A stretch of 64,000 nt of DNA from Eledone cirrhosa (Eukaryota). The translations under genes were made by a program, and so were the position numbers. Below are positions 12,961-28,679 of this stretch, piece after piece (position 1 is the stretch's first letter; each line of letters starts with the position of its first letter). A model generated the notes under the pieces. That model saw only the letters and a program-made list of their open reading frames with translations, did no database searches and was not told the DNA's origin. The stretch spans positions 322,772,001 to 322,836,000 of the forward strand of contig OZ024741.1 in NCBI GenBank assembly GCA_964016885.1, written 5' to 3'.

Positions 12961-13335
12961 GAAAGGAAGATGAGAGTGACAGAGAGAGCGTTGTTACAGC
13001 TGCGATATGATATTAAGATAAGAAAGAATGGTGAAATGTTAAAATTGGCTGATGGAGATGGTGTTCCAAGTCAGATGATAGTGATAGTGGTGATGTAAAT
13101 CTTGGTGACCGTAAGGACGATGGTGATGATGGTGATGTCGTTGTTGTTGGTGGTGGTGCTGGTGGTGGTGGTGGTGGTGGTGGTGGTGGTGGTGGAAACG
13201 AGGATGGAGACAAAATGATGGCCATTATAATAATAAAAATGATGGAAGATGATGAAGACGAAAACGACGGCGATATTGATGATGATGATGATGATGATGA
13301 TGATGAGGATGATGATGATGATAACCACGAGGACC
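12530..13335. repeat. Purine-rich low complexity with (GGA)n, (GATA)n, (GGT)n and (GAT)n
   Basis: Direct inspection. Confidence 0.85.
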
Positions 13336-14138
13336 ACATCCTGTTTTTCACTGGACGGTGCATATAAATAGGATAAAGAATCTCATCAAAAGTCAAAATT
13401 ATGTAAAGATTCATTTAGATTCAGAACTTGGAATATATGAGAACTAGCTTATGAGATTGAGAGTTATTCTTAGAATATTATAAGGTTGTTAAAACACGAT
13501 GTGGACCATATGCGGAAAATCACGACAAATAACAGTCATAATACATGGCAGAATATGGAAGACAAACGAACATAAAAGAACATAGGTTTCATATTGCATA
13601 AAAACACATTTAAGTAGGTAACTTATTGCCAACGAATTTGCAGTAGAATATGCACAATAAAACTGACAGCTAATCCATACCACATCTTAATCGACATTTA
13701 TGCTCTAGCTAGCGGTTATTATGTTGAACAAGTGGAGATATTCTAAGACATAGAAAACAATTGGCGATCAAAACATATTTAAAAATGAATATATATATCA
13801 GTTATAATTTAAAGAGACTGGAATACAAATATTGAATCAGATACTCAAGATTAGTTACAACAGAACAGCTGGTAAATATAACTTGGGAAAATATAACGAC
13901 AGGTTAGTAAAACATTACATAATAACACACACTAAACGCAGCAAATACACACAAATCGCCAAGAGGTACAATAACTTGGTATCCACCTAGAAAAGTATAT
14001 AATAAACAGATTGATTTTATTCTCATCCTCTTCATCAAGAGATTATTGTTCTGGTATAAATGAAGCAGAATACTGAAGGCACAAGTTACGATAGGCTGGA
14101 TATTTCAACAGATTCACAGAGAACAGGTGGACTCATGC

Positions 14139-14295
14139 AACTGCCGGATTAAAATGGGATGACTGACTAGATTGCAGCTAGGGGCCCCGCTATATTTAAA
14201 GAGTCCCAAATTATTTTTTGGCTGCTAAAATTAATACAAAAAGAGCCCAATCAAATTTTCTGCTAGGAACCCCATGCAAACTTAATCCGCCCCTG
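14139..14295. mobile_element. hAT-type MITE
   Basis: Ends aactgccggattaa / ttaatccgcccctg, internal GGGGCCCC, imperfect 8-bp flanking repeat actcatgc/actcgtgt. Confidence 0.55.
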
Positions 14296-14779
14296 ACTCG
14301 TGTAGTTGTCGAGTGTTATCGAAGAAATCAGAAGAGACCTCCACAGGGCCTGATCTGTCACAAGGTTTCCAGACAACAGAGAGACCCGTGCAGTTATCGA
14401 GTGATATCCAAGAAATCTAAAGACATCACTTGGAAGACCCCCCAAGACGATGAGAAACGACATAGTCAAACAATTTAGATCAAAACGATCAAGAAGTGCA
14501 TTACAACCATTACATCTCGCCCAACTCTTTAACAATTCTGCCAATAAATTGCCTTTAGATGGTCAATTTTATTTATCAACCTTGAAAGGATGGAAAGCAA
14601 ATTTGTCCTCGGCAGGATTTGAACGCAAAGCGCATTAAACTGGAACAAATACCGCGGAGTTTAATCTGACACCTTATCGACTCTACTAATTCACCGCCTT
14701 CAACACTTTGAAGACTCGCAATTACAATAGGACTTAAATTCTGAAAAATATATTATTTCTTTTATTTATATGAAGTTAG

Positions 14780-15370
14780 TCAAAATATGAATCAATTAAT
14801 TAATTAAATAAACTTATTCGTCCGCTTATATTGTAACTAACCATCATATCTGGTTGCCATATCGCTATCCGCCACAAGCAACCCTATTACTAACAGAACA
14901 TCTCTGCTGAGAACCTCTCTTGTTCATTATCTTCATGGATAGGATTGACATATGCAGCTGGTTTAGATGTGACATCGAGACTGGCGGGTGTAGGATCAAT
15001 TGGCAAGAATTCGCGGATACTCGTCCTATCAAGGAATCCTGCACAGTGCAATGTACATGTGAATGGAGTTCCACTGAAGCAGATGGATTAATTCAAATAT
15101 CTCGGTGCCGTGTTCATGAATTCTCATGCTACTGTTCTGAATTGAGAGATCGCAGCTCCGATATTACGGACATGTGGTTAGAATGTCTCGGGAAATAATC
15201 GCTGGACAGATTTTACGGGCAAAACCAACAGACAAGAGACCCAATGGTAGAGCCAAGCAAGATGGTTGGATAACATTCATGTAGCTCTGTTGGTTTCGTT
15301 TGGGGGTCAATTCGGAACAATTGGAGACGGTTGCTTCTGACAGGGCCTGCTAGAAGGAGTGTTTGAGGAC
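14780..15370 (+). pseudogene. Decayed RTE-like RT fragment
   Basis: PLLFIIFMDRI motif typical of RTE RT motif 4; no long ORF. Confidence 0.5.
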
Positions 15371-16076
15371 TCTGTCTCACAACTGAACCATGTGCATACA
15401 CACTCTCTCTTTCTGTCTCCCCCTCTCATTTAGATATGTAAGTATTAAATGTATAACATTCCGACCGTTTTAATCTAAGGTATAATATTACAACTTGCTC
15501 AATAACTAGTAATCAATAAAACAAAGTATTCAGAGTTGCGACAAGTGTCTTGCTTAAGGACTCAGCGTGCCGGTGGGAATTGAGTTCACGATATTAGGAG
15601 GGAAAGCCAATCAACTTAACGACAAAGCCACTCGCATATTGGAAACCACTGACTACGAAGTTATTACTGAGAAAATGTGATATAATATATATATATATAA
15701 AGAGTGTCCCATCAAATTACAAGAATATCTTCAGTTTGACGTTATGTAAAGCCATTGTAGAACCTTGCAATTCAGCTAGCAGATCTCCCGTTTACTCATC
15801 AATATTTCGCAGTCTATTCAAGATAGTTATAAAGAAATGATCCTACAATAAATAAGAAACTATCTCAATTACGTCTCTGTCTTATACAGGGATGAGTGTT
15901 TCGACTGGAGAGGGACAAAGCTAGTAACATATTGGAAAATGTGTTAAATAACTAAGTTAAATTCATACTTAATGTCCAATATATTTGTATGTGAACGTTC
16001 GCTTTATATTCTCGTATGTTTACTGAAGCTTTCTCATACTTTTTAAAACTCACATATAGTCAAATAGTTTATACAG

Positions 16077-16131
<55 letters not shown>

Positions 16132-16149
16132 GTGTTTATATATATAGGT

Positions 16150-16188
<39 letters not shown>

Positions 16189-16298
16189 AGTTATATATTA
16201 ATATATATGATAAACACAAAACGTGTTTGTATTGTAAGAGACAAAGTTAGCTGATTAATTGTAAACGACTATGAGTTTAATCTCTAAATATAATATAG

Positions 16299-16333
<35 letters not shown>

Positions 16334-17139
16334 ATGTATATATGTATATATATATGTATATATATATATATATATATGTAAAAAGTTGGACATTTCACAG
16401 CCGTTTTATGGTGCACATCAAATGGAACTTTAACAAATACATCGAGTTCCTTTTGTATATATACAAAGTCAAGAAGAATGGCCAAGAAGGGGAAAATTAA
16501 ATAATGATGAAAAAATAAAGCAGCAAGAAATGAAAAAAAAAAAAAATGGAAAAGCAACAAATATTGTAGAGGTGAAAAAAACAAATCAATAGATCGATAA
16601 AACAACAGCAACAATAAACCAAACCAAATAAAAAATAAAAACAACAGAATTCTGCATATATTCAGACATTGAATAGTTTATTAGGTAAGCGGAAATAATA
16701 AAAGTGGAATACAGCTACAGAGTCTGAGCAGCAGCCGCCGCCGCCGTAGCAGCACCAGCAGCAAAGAAGAAGAAGAAGAAGAAAGAAAAAAGAAAAAAGA
16801 AAAAGAAAAAAGAAAAAAAGAAAGAAAGAAGCAAATATATAAAACATAAATTTAGGAAAAGCGCTACTGATATAAGTAAATTCATTAAATATATAAACCA
16901 AATGCTAAATTAGATATATAATTAGATAAACTAATACAATACATATGCGCATGTGCACTCTGGTCAACCCAAGTCTTATCAATAAAATTGGTTGACGGAA
17001 ACTGTTAAGAAGCCTGTCATGTGGGCTCTACTTGAAATCAAAGATCTAGCCATGTTACACAGTGTCACTTTGAATATCCCCAAGAATTAAGTCATGGGTA
17101 AACGTGTGCATGGAATATACAGTCAATTTCATGTGCAGG

Positions 17140-17441
17140 CAGAAGCGGATTTAATGGGGGCGGGGGCAAGGGGGCAATTGCCCCAGGTCCCCTGCAGTAG
17201 GGGGCCCCACCAGCGAAGGCCGTAGCAATTTATTTGTGCCCTCGACTGGGCTTTTTTAATTTTAGGATAGTTACAATTTTTGAATTTAATACCTGTATGT
17301 ATAACTGTTCAATTACTTACGCCAAGCTAACTTTGCTATGTAACATTGTGGGGTTTGCTGCGTATTCTAATGTTTGTGTATGAGGGCCCTCCCGCCAAAC
17401 CTGAAGTTCCCCGGGGCCCCTAAGATCTAAATTTAACACTG
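17140..17441. mobile_element. hAT-type MITE inserted in a SINE
   Basis: 8-bp TSD tgtgcagg/tgtgtagg, CAG...CTG ends, subterminal GGGCCCC motifs. Confidence 0.7.
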
Positions 17442-17599
17442 TGTGTAGGCTGTTCCGTTTATCGAACATCTAACATAATCTTCGTTGAAAGCGGAGGAAG
17501 TCTAATCCACTCCATTTAACAGGGGGTTTCTTTACTCATAAATTATAGAAATACAGGAAATACAATTATTTATTATGAGTGATTGGGATAGTTGTATCC

Positions 17600-18660
<1,061 letters not shown>

Positions 18661-18796
18661 TATATTAAGTATTAATCTTCCCGTTTAAAGCAAGGTAGTA
18701 AATGTATTGTTTTGAGGGTTATATAACATGTTAAGTATTTCCATAGAAAAGGTGAAGGAAAGAAGAGTGCTCTATGTATAGTACAGAGCTATGTAG

Positions 18797-18978
18797 TTAC
18801 ATAATAAACAGCACAATATAATTATTCCATTACCAAAGGTTTAAGGAGACTAGACGATTTTACAGAAACGTCCAGTTCGTTCATCAGATGATGAACGGAC
18901 TGAACATTTCAGTAAGGATCGTCTAGTCTCCTGAAACCTTTGGTAATGGAATAATTATGTTGCGTTGTTTATTATGTA

Positions 18979-18980
<2 letters not shown>
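18797..18980. mobile_element. Fold-back element with two decayed HHR copies back to back, abutting (TA)n
   Basis: ~90-bp arms; minus arm has CUGAUGA but UAAA, plus arm has AUGAUGA and GAAA-CC-UUU-GG-UA; flanking tail 18725-18815 is homologous (inverted) to 45800-45890. Confidence 0.65.
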
Positions 18981-19028
<48 letters not shown>

Positions 19029-19521
19029 ATACTTGGGGAGGGTCATATTTGTGTAATATTGCCAGAATTAATAACAGAACACGCTCATTGTTTGGTTGGT
19101 TTTCGCTTTTCGCTTCTGTGTATATAATATATATATATATATATACATATATATAGGGTGTCCCCAAAAATATATACATACTTTTATTAGAATGCTGTTG
19201 AAATATGTTTTTTGTGGGGAACACTATATATCACAATAACTGGCATCTTATATGTGGGAAGGTAACAACGTTGCAATGATAGATAGATAAATTTCTATTT
19301 ATTTGCCACGAGGGCACAAAAGAAGGGGACATTTACACAGTGGGGGAGTTTACATAAATCGAGTAAAGAAAAAAGGAATAACAATAATAATATAACAATA
19401 AAAAGTCCTCAAAAGGGAGGGGGCGTGTTGGGGATGGCACATACCCCCGAAAAGTGTGCAACTCTTTTCGCGGGGGAAGCCCAGAGAGGAGGCGCTCCCC
19501 CTTTCCTCTTCACTTCTTCAC

Positions 19522-22500
19522 CTACAGAACAATGTAGAGAGAAGGCCCATTTACACGGGCCATTCTCGCTTCTTTCACCCACCTTTCATAAAACTGTCTG
19601 GGACCAAGCACTTCTCTCTCCATCCTGATCCTTCTTCCGAAGTGGTATCGGAAGAAGTAAACCAGGTGATGGCCGGAGAGAAAGTCACCCGACCTCAGAC
19701 CTTTCAGGCGCGTCCACCACACAACCTCTTTCATCATGGCTATTACGCACAGAAAGACCGCCTCTGCTTCATTTCTGAAGGGAGGAGGCGGCTTGATGTT
19801 CACCACAGACTCGGCGGTTAATCGAATCGGCGCCACACGCGACAGCAGTCGTTCGACGTAGCCCCACAGATCGGCAACGCCCGGGCAGTGTACCAGTGCA
19901 TGCGCAACGGTTTCCTCGTCGCGCACGCATCTGGGACAGATCTTTTTCGCGGGATCCCTGCCCGGGCGCCCGTGTCTGTAGAGCTTTTCTCGAACGGGCA
20001 GAGCCCCCCGGTAACACTGCCAGGTTAGGGACCTCTGGAAGTTGTCCATGGGTCCCGGGCCGAAAGTTCTACCGAACAGGCTGGCCAGTTCGTCCTCCTC
20101 CATGCCTAGCGACTCTCCAAGGGTGTCGTCGCCCTTGCTAGCCACCAACCCTCTATAGAATGTCGAGGTGGATTCTCCACTGATAGGCGGGTCCGCTTGC
20201 CAGATAGCCGTGAGCGCCTGGGCACACTCGGTGTGCCAGTTGCCCAGTTTTCTCGGTCTTTGCTTCACCCAGGATTGCAGTTCGGTGAGCGAGACGAGCT
20301 GTGGGAAGGCTCGCCTCACAAACGGGGCCCACACCGGCTGACCGTTGAGGAATACCTGTAGATGCCGTAGCCTCAATGCGTGCCTACGCATCAACAGCCA
20401 CGGCATACCCAGCCCTCCTTTCGAAGGGTGCTGGCAGCAGATGGATCTCCTCACCATGGGAGGCCGCTTCTTCCAGAGGAACTGGAAGAGCATGCGTTCC
20501 ATGATGGTGAGCTTTTCCTTGGGGCAAGGCACGACGGTCAGGCGGTAGTAGATGACGGACGCTATGTAAGCGTTCGTCACCTCCGCCCGACCTTTCAGTG
20601 ATAGTTTGCACTTGGCCCACTTCTGGGTCAGCGCAAACACCCTGCTCGTCACCTCGCCCCAATTCTTCTCCACCTGGAGGTCCGGTCCGAACCAGACCCC
20701 GAGCAGCTTCACCGGGCCCTCCGTCCACCGCCCGACGACACCGTCTAACGGCATCGGTTTGCCCCTCCACGTTCCGAGTTGCAAACCGACTGACTTGTCC
20801 TGGTTCAGCCTAGCCCCCGTCAGCCTTTCGTATTCCTCCAGTAGGGTGGCGATCGCCCCGATTTCCGAGGCGTCCGCCACCATTACTGTTACGTCGTCGG
20901 CATAGGCCGATACCGCTTTGTGCAATCCCGGTTCCAGGGGTAATCCCCGCAGCAACTCCAACTTCCGCAGCAGTGGCTCGAGAGTCAATACGTACAGAAG
21001 GGAGGAGAGGGGGCACCCCTGTCTGATGGACCGGGTGATTTGAAACGGCTCCGAGAGGTAGCCGTTTACTTTCATCCTAGAGTAGATGTTGCCACTGTGC
21101 ATGGCAGAAATCCAGCCCCTGAAAACGGATCCGAAGCCCGCCGCCGCTAGCACCGCATCCAGGTAACCATGGTCGACCCTATCGAACGCCTTAGATTGAT
21201 CCAAGTTGATCAGTGCCCCACCAAAGCCGGGTTCGTTGCCAACCCTCTCTACGATGTATCGCATGAGGTGGAGGTTGTCGTGAATGGACCTGGACGGGAT
21301 AGCGCATGTCTACGCGTCTCCCACCAAACCACCCACCACAAGCGCCAACCTCTTCGCCAACACCTTGGCCAAAATCTGTAACTCTGCATTTAGCAGAGTT
21401 ATGGGCCTAAAGTTACTTAAGTCGTCCCCTTTGCTCTCGTCCTTCCTCACTAGCGTGACCACGCCCTTGGTCACAGAACAGGGAATTCTCCCGTTCTGTT
21501 GCCAGTTGCAATATACAGCCTCGAGGAGTTCGGAGAACAAGACCGGCATAGCTAAATAAAGTTCGTATGGTAGACCATCGAGACCCGGAGATTTGCGTCT
21601 GCTGCATTGGCTGAGCGCTTCCCCGATTTCAGTGGCTGTGATTGTCCTTTAGCAGCACTCCGCTTCGCCCCTCGAAAGACACGGTAGGCCGTCGAGGTAT
21701 GAACCGAAGTCCACATCCCCGTCCGGCCCCCCGCCCCCTCCGAACAGCCGAACAAAGTGCCTTTGAAAGGCCTCGCACATCCGCTCAGGTTCAAGGATCA
21801 CCCGTCCATCCTGGTCTCGCAAAGACCGAATGGTGGATTTAATCCCATTCTTGGCTTCTGTCACGCGGGCCCAGCTAACAGCTTTGGTCCCCTCGTTTCC
21901 TAAAGCACGTATTTTACTTCGGACAACGCAGCCTTCGTGCTTCGCGTCAAAGAACTGGCTCAATGCCGTTCTCGCCGCTAACACTCTGGCCACGTCTCCG
22001 CTCCTAATCGCCTCTTCTAGTTTATCTGTTAACTCCCTTTCCTTCCTATTTCTATTTGCCGCTAGTTCCTTACTGTAACCTATCGAACTTACTCTAATCT
22101 CTCTCTTTAGAGATACCCACCACCTGCTGTTGACGATCGCTCCCGTCAACCGCATCTTAACTAAGCTACTAATCCGGTTCCTGTAATCTTTCTTTGCCGG
22201 CAAGGACAAGTTCATCTTCCAGTAACCGGGACCCTGTCTATGCGTTCTATCAAGGTTGACCACGCAGGTCACTAATTTGTGATCTGAATAGCCAACCATG
22301 ATCAGTTCTGGACAACTAAATACGTCCCTATCCTTACTCCTAACCAAAAACCTATCTAGGTACGATCTAGATTGTCCACTGCGGTTTGCCCAGGTCCAGG
22401 TTGGCGCAGTTGGACAATCTAGTCGAAATCTATCGACCAGGTCGAATCGATCGAGTAACCCCTTGAGGCTGCTACACCCCCTCTATCGGGACATGCCCCT

Positions 22501-22953
22501 GCATAGTCCCAACGCGCATCTAGGATTCCATTCCAGTCCCCCACTAAAAGCAGGGAACGCAACGTTCCTAGAAAAGTCTCCAGACGCTGGAAGAAGTCGG
22601 CTCTTTCCGCCCCGAAGGGGGCATAAAGACCGACCAGTCTGAAAGCCCCGCCTTCACCGCCTCCGACGTCCAGCACCACTAATCGACCCCCCGGGTTCGA
22701 GTGAACAATCTGTACGTCGAGAGCCAGACGTTTATCCAGCAGTACGGCAACTCCCCCCCCCCCCGCCTCCGGGTTGACAGAGAGATGCGTGCATCTCAAA
22801 GTCATCGAAGGCGGGCGCCAGCTGTCTCACGCTGCTGGTCCGACTCTCGCAAACAACCATCACATCTATACTTTGTGACCTGAGGTCATTTAGAAGCTTT
22901 GCTTGCTTCCAAGCTGAGCCCAGGCCACGCGCGTTCAAACAGCCAACTCTCAA
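19522..22953 (-). pseudogene. Tx1 ORF2 of copy A (disrupted)
   Basis: Frameshifts in C/G runs near 22760 and 22480; nonsense codons near 21650 and 21311; RT motifs DQSKAFD, QGCPLS, YADD retained. Confidence 0.9.
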
Positions 22954-22958
22954 TTGAT

Positions 22959-24801
22959 CTATTTTGGTGTTGAAAGTGAAGAAAGAAAAGCACCTACCTC
23001 TCCGGGTTGTGTAATTTCCATGTTATCAGGTGTGTTGGGTGGAGGGATGTTTTGTGGTGGTGTGGGGGTACCCGTGTGTGGTGGGGTTGAGGTATTTGGA
23101 GTTGTGTCAGGGAGAGGGGCGGTTATGGGGAAATTTTTCAAGAGGACGCGATTTAACGGTTTTAAACAGGGGGGGGGGGGCTCACGTCCCGTCTAAATTG
23201 TTCTTTTAAGGAACGATAAAGGTCCAGAGGGACCTTTATCATTTTTAAATGGGTGAAGTTCTCTGTTGAGATAAAGTTTGGCCCTTCGGTCTGCACCATA
23301 GGGTTATTGTTTATTAATTTAACCAGTTTTTTGTTTTCTTTATATATATATGTGTATTGCAACGTCTTTTTTTGTGATGCTGTCAATGTTTCGGAGAGGG
23401 GAGGCGCAGATTTATTTTTGTTTGTTGAGGGTGGGGTGTTTTTGATTGGAGTTGGTGTTTGTGTGTGGGTTATTTGTGGTGTGCTGGGTGTGTGTTTTCT
23501 TTTTTTTCTTTTAACTTGTCTGAAGGCTTCTCCTCCTTCTTCTTCAGAAGTTGGGGGAAACTCTTCAGCGCTAGGTGGGAGGGACGTGTTGTGTGGTTGT
23601 TTTTTTTTTGCGGGAGGGGTAGATTTGTTACTGTTTTTTTTATTATTTGTTTGGAATGGGTTTTGTGGTGGTGGTGGTAATGTTTGTGTCGTGCTTGTGG
23701 TTGGTGATGGTGGTGGTGATGTTTGTGTTGTGGTTGGTGGTGGTGATTTTTGTGTCGTGCTTGTGTTTGGTGCTGGTGGTGGTGATGTTTGTGTTGTGTT
23801 TGTGGTTGGTGGTGTCTGTATTTTGTTTGCTGTGTGTGGTATTAGTGTATTTTTGGAGGTGGGTGGTGTTGGTGTACTGTTTGTGGTGGGTGTGGGCAAT
23901 AGTCCTTTTTGGGGGATACGTTTCTGGCAGTTAGCCTTAACGTGTCCCCTTTCCATGCATAAATAGCATGCTGGTCTTCTCCCCTCTACAATTATGTCTA
24001 TTGGGGTAAGGTCATCCAGCCAGATGCGATCCGGGATTTGTGCTATTCTTTCGGGCCTCATTTAGACTAGTATGTCGAGGCCCATTCCCAGGAACGCATC
24101 TCCAGTTGCCTTCCCCATTGACAGCATTGTGTCTTCGCCCATATCTATGAAGCCAGCAATAGCCCACCAGAAGTCCATTGTGGGCAGCATTGTTTTTACT
24201 TTTACTCTCTGTGTTCTTCTACCCATGTAGGAGGGATAGAAGCTGTATGTTGTCGATGAGAGTGGGCTTAGGGAAAGCTTCTCCGCCGTTTCCTTGTCTT
24301 TTGTTAGGACCGAAATGCTGCCATAGAGTCGGTCCTTTCGTATGAAGAGAATATTCTTCATATAGTCTTTTAGGACCAATTCTATCTCCATTTGGCTGGG
24401 CTGTGCTGGCTTTCTTGTTTGGTTTAGGATTGTTCTGAAGAGAACTGTGTTCTCTGTTCTCGCTTTCTTGAATTCTGGGGGGGGGGGGGTTAATGGAAAA
24501 CATTCCGTTCTCCCCCCAAAACAATGTGTTTCTTTGCTTCGGCCAGCTTTTCTCTGGCGGCAGTTAGGTCAATTGGTGTGTATGTAATGGATTGTTTTGT
24601 TTTCTGGGCGAAAGTTGCCCTGTTGTTATTTGTATTATTTTCTGTTTGTTTGTTTTCCGTTTGCTCATTTTCCTTAACATTTGTTTTTTCATTTTCCTTG
24701 TTTGTTTCGTTGTCTAATTTTGTTGTAATTATTTTTTGTTCTTCAGACTTGGGGGGCGTGGCAGAGCTAATGGCAGACATGTCTGCCATCTTTTCCGCCA
24801 T
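22959..24801 (-). pseudogene. Tx1 ORF1 of copy A (disrupted)
   Basis: Fragments match ORF1 of copy B; stop at 24062-24064, frameshifts at 24512-24517 and 23169-23180. Confidence 0.88.
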
Positions 24802-25240
24802 GCTGCCAAGAAAGAAATTTTTCGGCAAAAATAGATATTTATTTTACCCCCTAAAAAGGGGGTAAATGCAAAAATGTTTCCCTAAATAACAGGGGTTAGT
24901 GTTCCAAATGGGTTGCACTGAAAAATGTATCCGGTACTTACAATAGTAAGGGTAAATCCCGATGGAATAGCGGAGCCGATGTGAAGCGTGTCTTACTCTA
25001 TCAAGATAAATTTCTATTTATTTGCCACGAGGGCACAAAAGAAGGGGACATTTACACAGTGGGGGAGTTTACATAAATCGAGTAAAGAAAAAAGGAATAA
25101 CAATAATAATATAACAATAAAAAGTCCTCAAAAGGGAGGGGGCGTGTTGGGGATTGCACATACCCCCGAAAAGTGTGCAACTCTTTTCGCGGGGGAAGCC
25201 CAGAGAGGAGGCGCTCCCCCTTTCCTCTTCACTTCTTCAC

Positions 25241-28200
25241 CTACAGAACAATGTAGAGAGAAGGCCCATTTACACGGGCCATTCTCGCTTCTTTCACCCA
25301 CCTTTCATAAAACTGTCTGGGACCAAGCACTTCTCTCTCCATCCTGATTCTTCTTCCGAAGTGGTATCGGAAGAAGTAAACCAGGTGATGGCCGGAGAGA
25401 AAGTCACCCGACCTCAGACCTTTCAGGCGCGTCCACCACACAACCTCTTTCATCATGGCTATTACGCACAGAAAGACCGCCTCTGCTTCATTTCTGAAGG
25501 GAGGAGGCGGCTTGATGTTCACCACAGACTCGGCGGTTAATCGAATCGGCGCCACACGCGACAGCAGTCGTTCGACGTAGCCCCACAGATCGGCAACGCC
25601 CGGGCAGTGTACCAGTGCATGCGCAACGGTTTCCTCGTCGCGCACGCATCTGGGACAGATCTTTTTCGCGGGATCCCTGCCCGGGCGCCCGTGTCTGTAG
25701 AGCTTTTCTCGAACGGGCAGAGCCCCCCGGTAACACTGCCAGGCTAGGGACCTCTGGAAGTTGTCCATGGGTCCCGGGCCGAAAGTTCTACCGAACAGGC
25801 TGGCCAGTTCGTCCTCCTCCATGCCTAGCGACTCTCCAAGGGTGTCGTCGCCCCTGCTAGCCACCAACCCTCTATAGAATGTCGAGGTGGATTCTCCACT
25901 GACAGTCGGGTCCGCTTGCCAGATAGCCGTGAGCGCCTGGGCACACTCGGTGTGCCAGTTGCCCAGTTTTCTCGGTCTTTGCTTCACCCAGGATTGCAGT
26001 TCGGTGAGCGAGACGAGCTGTGGGAAGGCTCGCCTCACAAACGGGGCCCACACCGGCTGACCGTTGAGGAATACCTGTAGATGCCGTAGCCTCAATGCGT
26101 GCCTACGCATCAACAGCCACGGCATACCCAGCCCTCCTTTCGAAGGGTGCTGGCAGCAGATGGATCTCCTCACCATGGGAGGCCGCTTCTTCCAGAGGAA
26201 CTGGAAGAGCATGCGTTCCATGATGGTGAGCTTTTCCTTGGGGCAAGGCACGACGGTCAGGCGGTAGTAGATGACGGACGCTATGTAAGCGTTCGTCACC
26301 TCCGCCCGACCTTTCAGTGATAGTTTGCACTTGGCCCACTTCTGGGTCAGCGCAAACACCCTGCTCGTCACCTCGCCCCAATTCTTCTCCACCTGGAGGT
26401 CCGGTCCGAACCAGACCCCGAGCAGCTTCACCGGGCCCTCCGTCCACCGCCCGACGACACCGTCTAACGGCATCGGTTTGCCCCTCCACGTTCCGAGTTG
26501 CAAACCGACTGACTTGTCCTGGTTCAGCTTAGCCCCCGTCAGCCTTTCGTATTCCTCTAGTAGGGTGGCGATCGCCCCGATTTCCGAGGCGTCCGCCACC
26601 ATTACTGTTACGTCGTCGGCATAGGCCGAGACCGCTTTGTGCAATCCCGGTTCCAGGGGTAATCCCCGCAGCAACTCCAACTTCCGCAGCAGTGGCTCGA
26701 GAGTCAATACGTACAGAAGGGAGGAGAGGGGGCACCCCTGTCTGATGGATCGGGTGATTTGAAACGGCTCCGAGAGGTAGCCGTTTACTTTAATCCTAGA
26801 GTAGATGTTGCCACTGTGCATGGCAGAAATCCAGCCCCTGAAAACGGGTCCGAAGCCCGCCGCCGCTAGCACCGCATCCAGGTAACCATGGTCGACCCTA
26901 TCGAACGCCTTAGATTGATCCAAGTTGATCAGGGCCCCACCAAAGCCGGGTTCGTAGCCAACCCTCTCTATGATGTATCGCATGAGGTGGAGGTTGTCGT
27001 GAATGGACCTGGACGGGATAGCGCATGTCTGCGCGTCTCCCACCAAACCACCCACCACAAGCGCCAACCTCTTCGCCAACACCTTGGCCAAAATCTGTAA
27101 CTCTGCATTCAGCAGAGTTATGGGCCTAAAGTTACTTAAGTCGTCCCCCTTGCTCTCGTCCTTCCTCACTAGCGTGACCACGCCCTTGGTCACAGAACAG
27201 GGAATTCTCCCGTTCTGTTGCCAGTTGCAATAGACAGCCTCGAGGAGTTCGGAGAACAAGACCGGCATAGCTAAATAAAGTTCGTATGGTAGACCATCGA
27301 GACCCGGGGATTTGCGTCTGCTGCATTGGCTGAGCGCTTCCCCGATTTCAGTGGCTGTGATTGGCCTTTCGCAGCACTCCGCTTCGCCGCTCGAAAGACG
27401 CGGTAGACCGTCGAGGTATGGACCGAAGTCCACATCCCCGTCCGGCCCCCCGCCACCTCCGAACAGTCGAGCAAAGTGCCTTTGAAAGGTCTCGCACATT
27501 CGCTCAGGTTCAAGGATCACCCGTCCATCCTGGTCTCGCAAAGACCGAATGGTGGATTTAATCCCACTCTTGGCTTCTGTCACGCGGGCCCAGGTAACAG
27601 CTTTGGTCCCCTCGTTTCCTAAAGCACGTATTTTACTTCGGACAACGCAGCCTTCGTGCTTCGCGTCAAAGAACTGGCTCAATGCCGTTCTCGTCGCTAA
27701 CACTCTGGCTACGTCTCCGCTCCTAATCGCCTCTTCTAGTTTATCTGTTAACTCCCTTTCCCTCCTATTTCTATTCGCCGCTAGTTCCTTACTGTAACCT
27801 ATCGAACTTACTCTAATCTCTCTCTTTAGAGATATCCACCACCTACTGTTGACGATCGCTCCCGTCAACCGCATCTTAACTAAGCTACTAATCCGGTTTC
27901 TGTAATCTTTCTTTGTCGGTAAGGACAAGTTCATCTTCCAGTAACCGGGACCCTGTCTATGCGTTCTATCAAGGTTGACCACGCAGGTCACTAATTTGTG
28001 ATCTGAATAGCCAACCATGATCAGTTCTGGACAACTAAATACGTCCTTATCCTTACTCCTAACCAAAAACCTATCTAGGTACGATCTAGATTGTCCACTG
28101 CGGTTTGCCCAGGTCCAGGTTGGCGCAGTTGGACAATCTAGTCGAAATCTATCGACCAGGTCGAATCGATCGAGTAACCCCTTGAGGCTGCTACACCCCC

Positions 28201-28674
28201 CTCTATCGGGACATGCCCCTGCATAGTCCCAACGCGCATCTAGGATTCCATTCCAGTCCCCCACTAAAAGCAGGGAACGCGACGTTCCTAGAAAAGTCTC
28301 CAGACGTTGGAAGAAGTCGGCTCTTTCCGCCCCGAAGGGAGCATAAAGACCGACCAGTCTGAAAGCCCCGCCTTCACCGCCTCCGACGTCCAGCACCAGT
28401 AATCGACCCCCCGGGTCCGAGTGAACAATCTGTACGTCGAGAGTCAGACGTTTATCCAGCAGTACGGCAACTCCCCCCCCCCCCCGCCTCCGGGTTGACA
28501 GAGAGATGCGTGCATCTCAAAGTCATCGAAGGCGGGCGCCAGCTGTCTCACGCTGCTGATCCGACTCTCGCAAACAACCATCACATCTATACTTTGTGAC
28601 CTGAGGTCACTTAGAAGCTTTGCTTGCTTCCAAGCTGAGCCCAGGCCACGCGCGTTCAAACAGCCAACTCTCAA
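25241..28674 (-). CDS. Tx1 ORF2: AP-endonuclease, reverse transcriptase and C-terminal zinc finger (one frameshift in the homopolymer at ~28473-28485)
   Basis: RVGCLNARG, GDWN, YLD, SDH endonuclease motifs; SPGLDG, FRPITLLN, DQSKAFDRV, QGCPLS, YADD; CPRC-x8-H-x4-C. Confidence 0.92.
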
Positions 28675-28679
28675 TTGAG

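Larger units (their letters stand above)
19290..25004 (-). mobile_element. Tx1-type non-LTR retrotransposon, full-length copy A (multiple stops and frameshifts)
   Basis: ORF1 with a CCHC knuckle and ORF2 APE-RT-zinc finger in pieces; colinear and highly similar to 25009-30719; flanked by GATA units. Confidence 0.93.
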
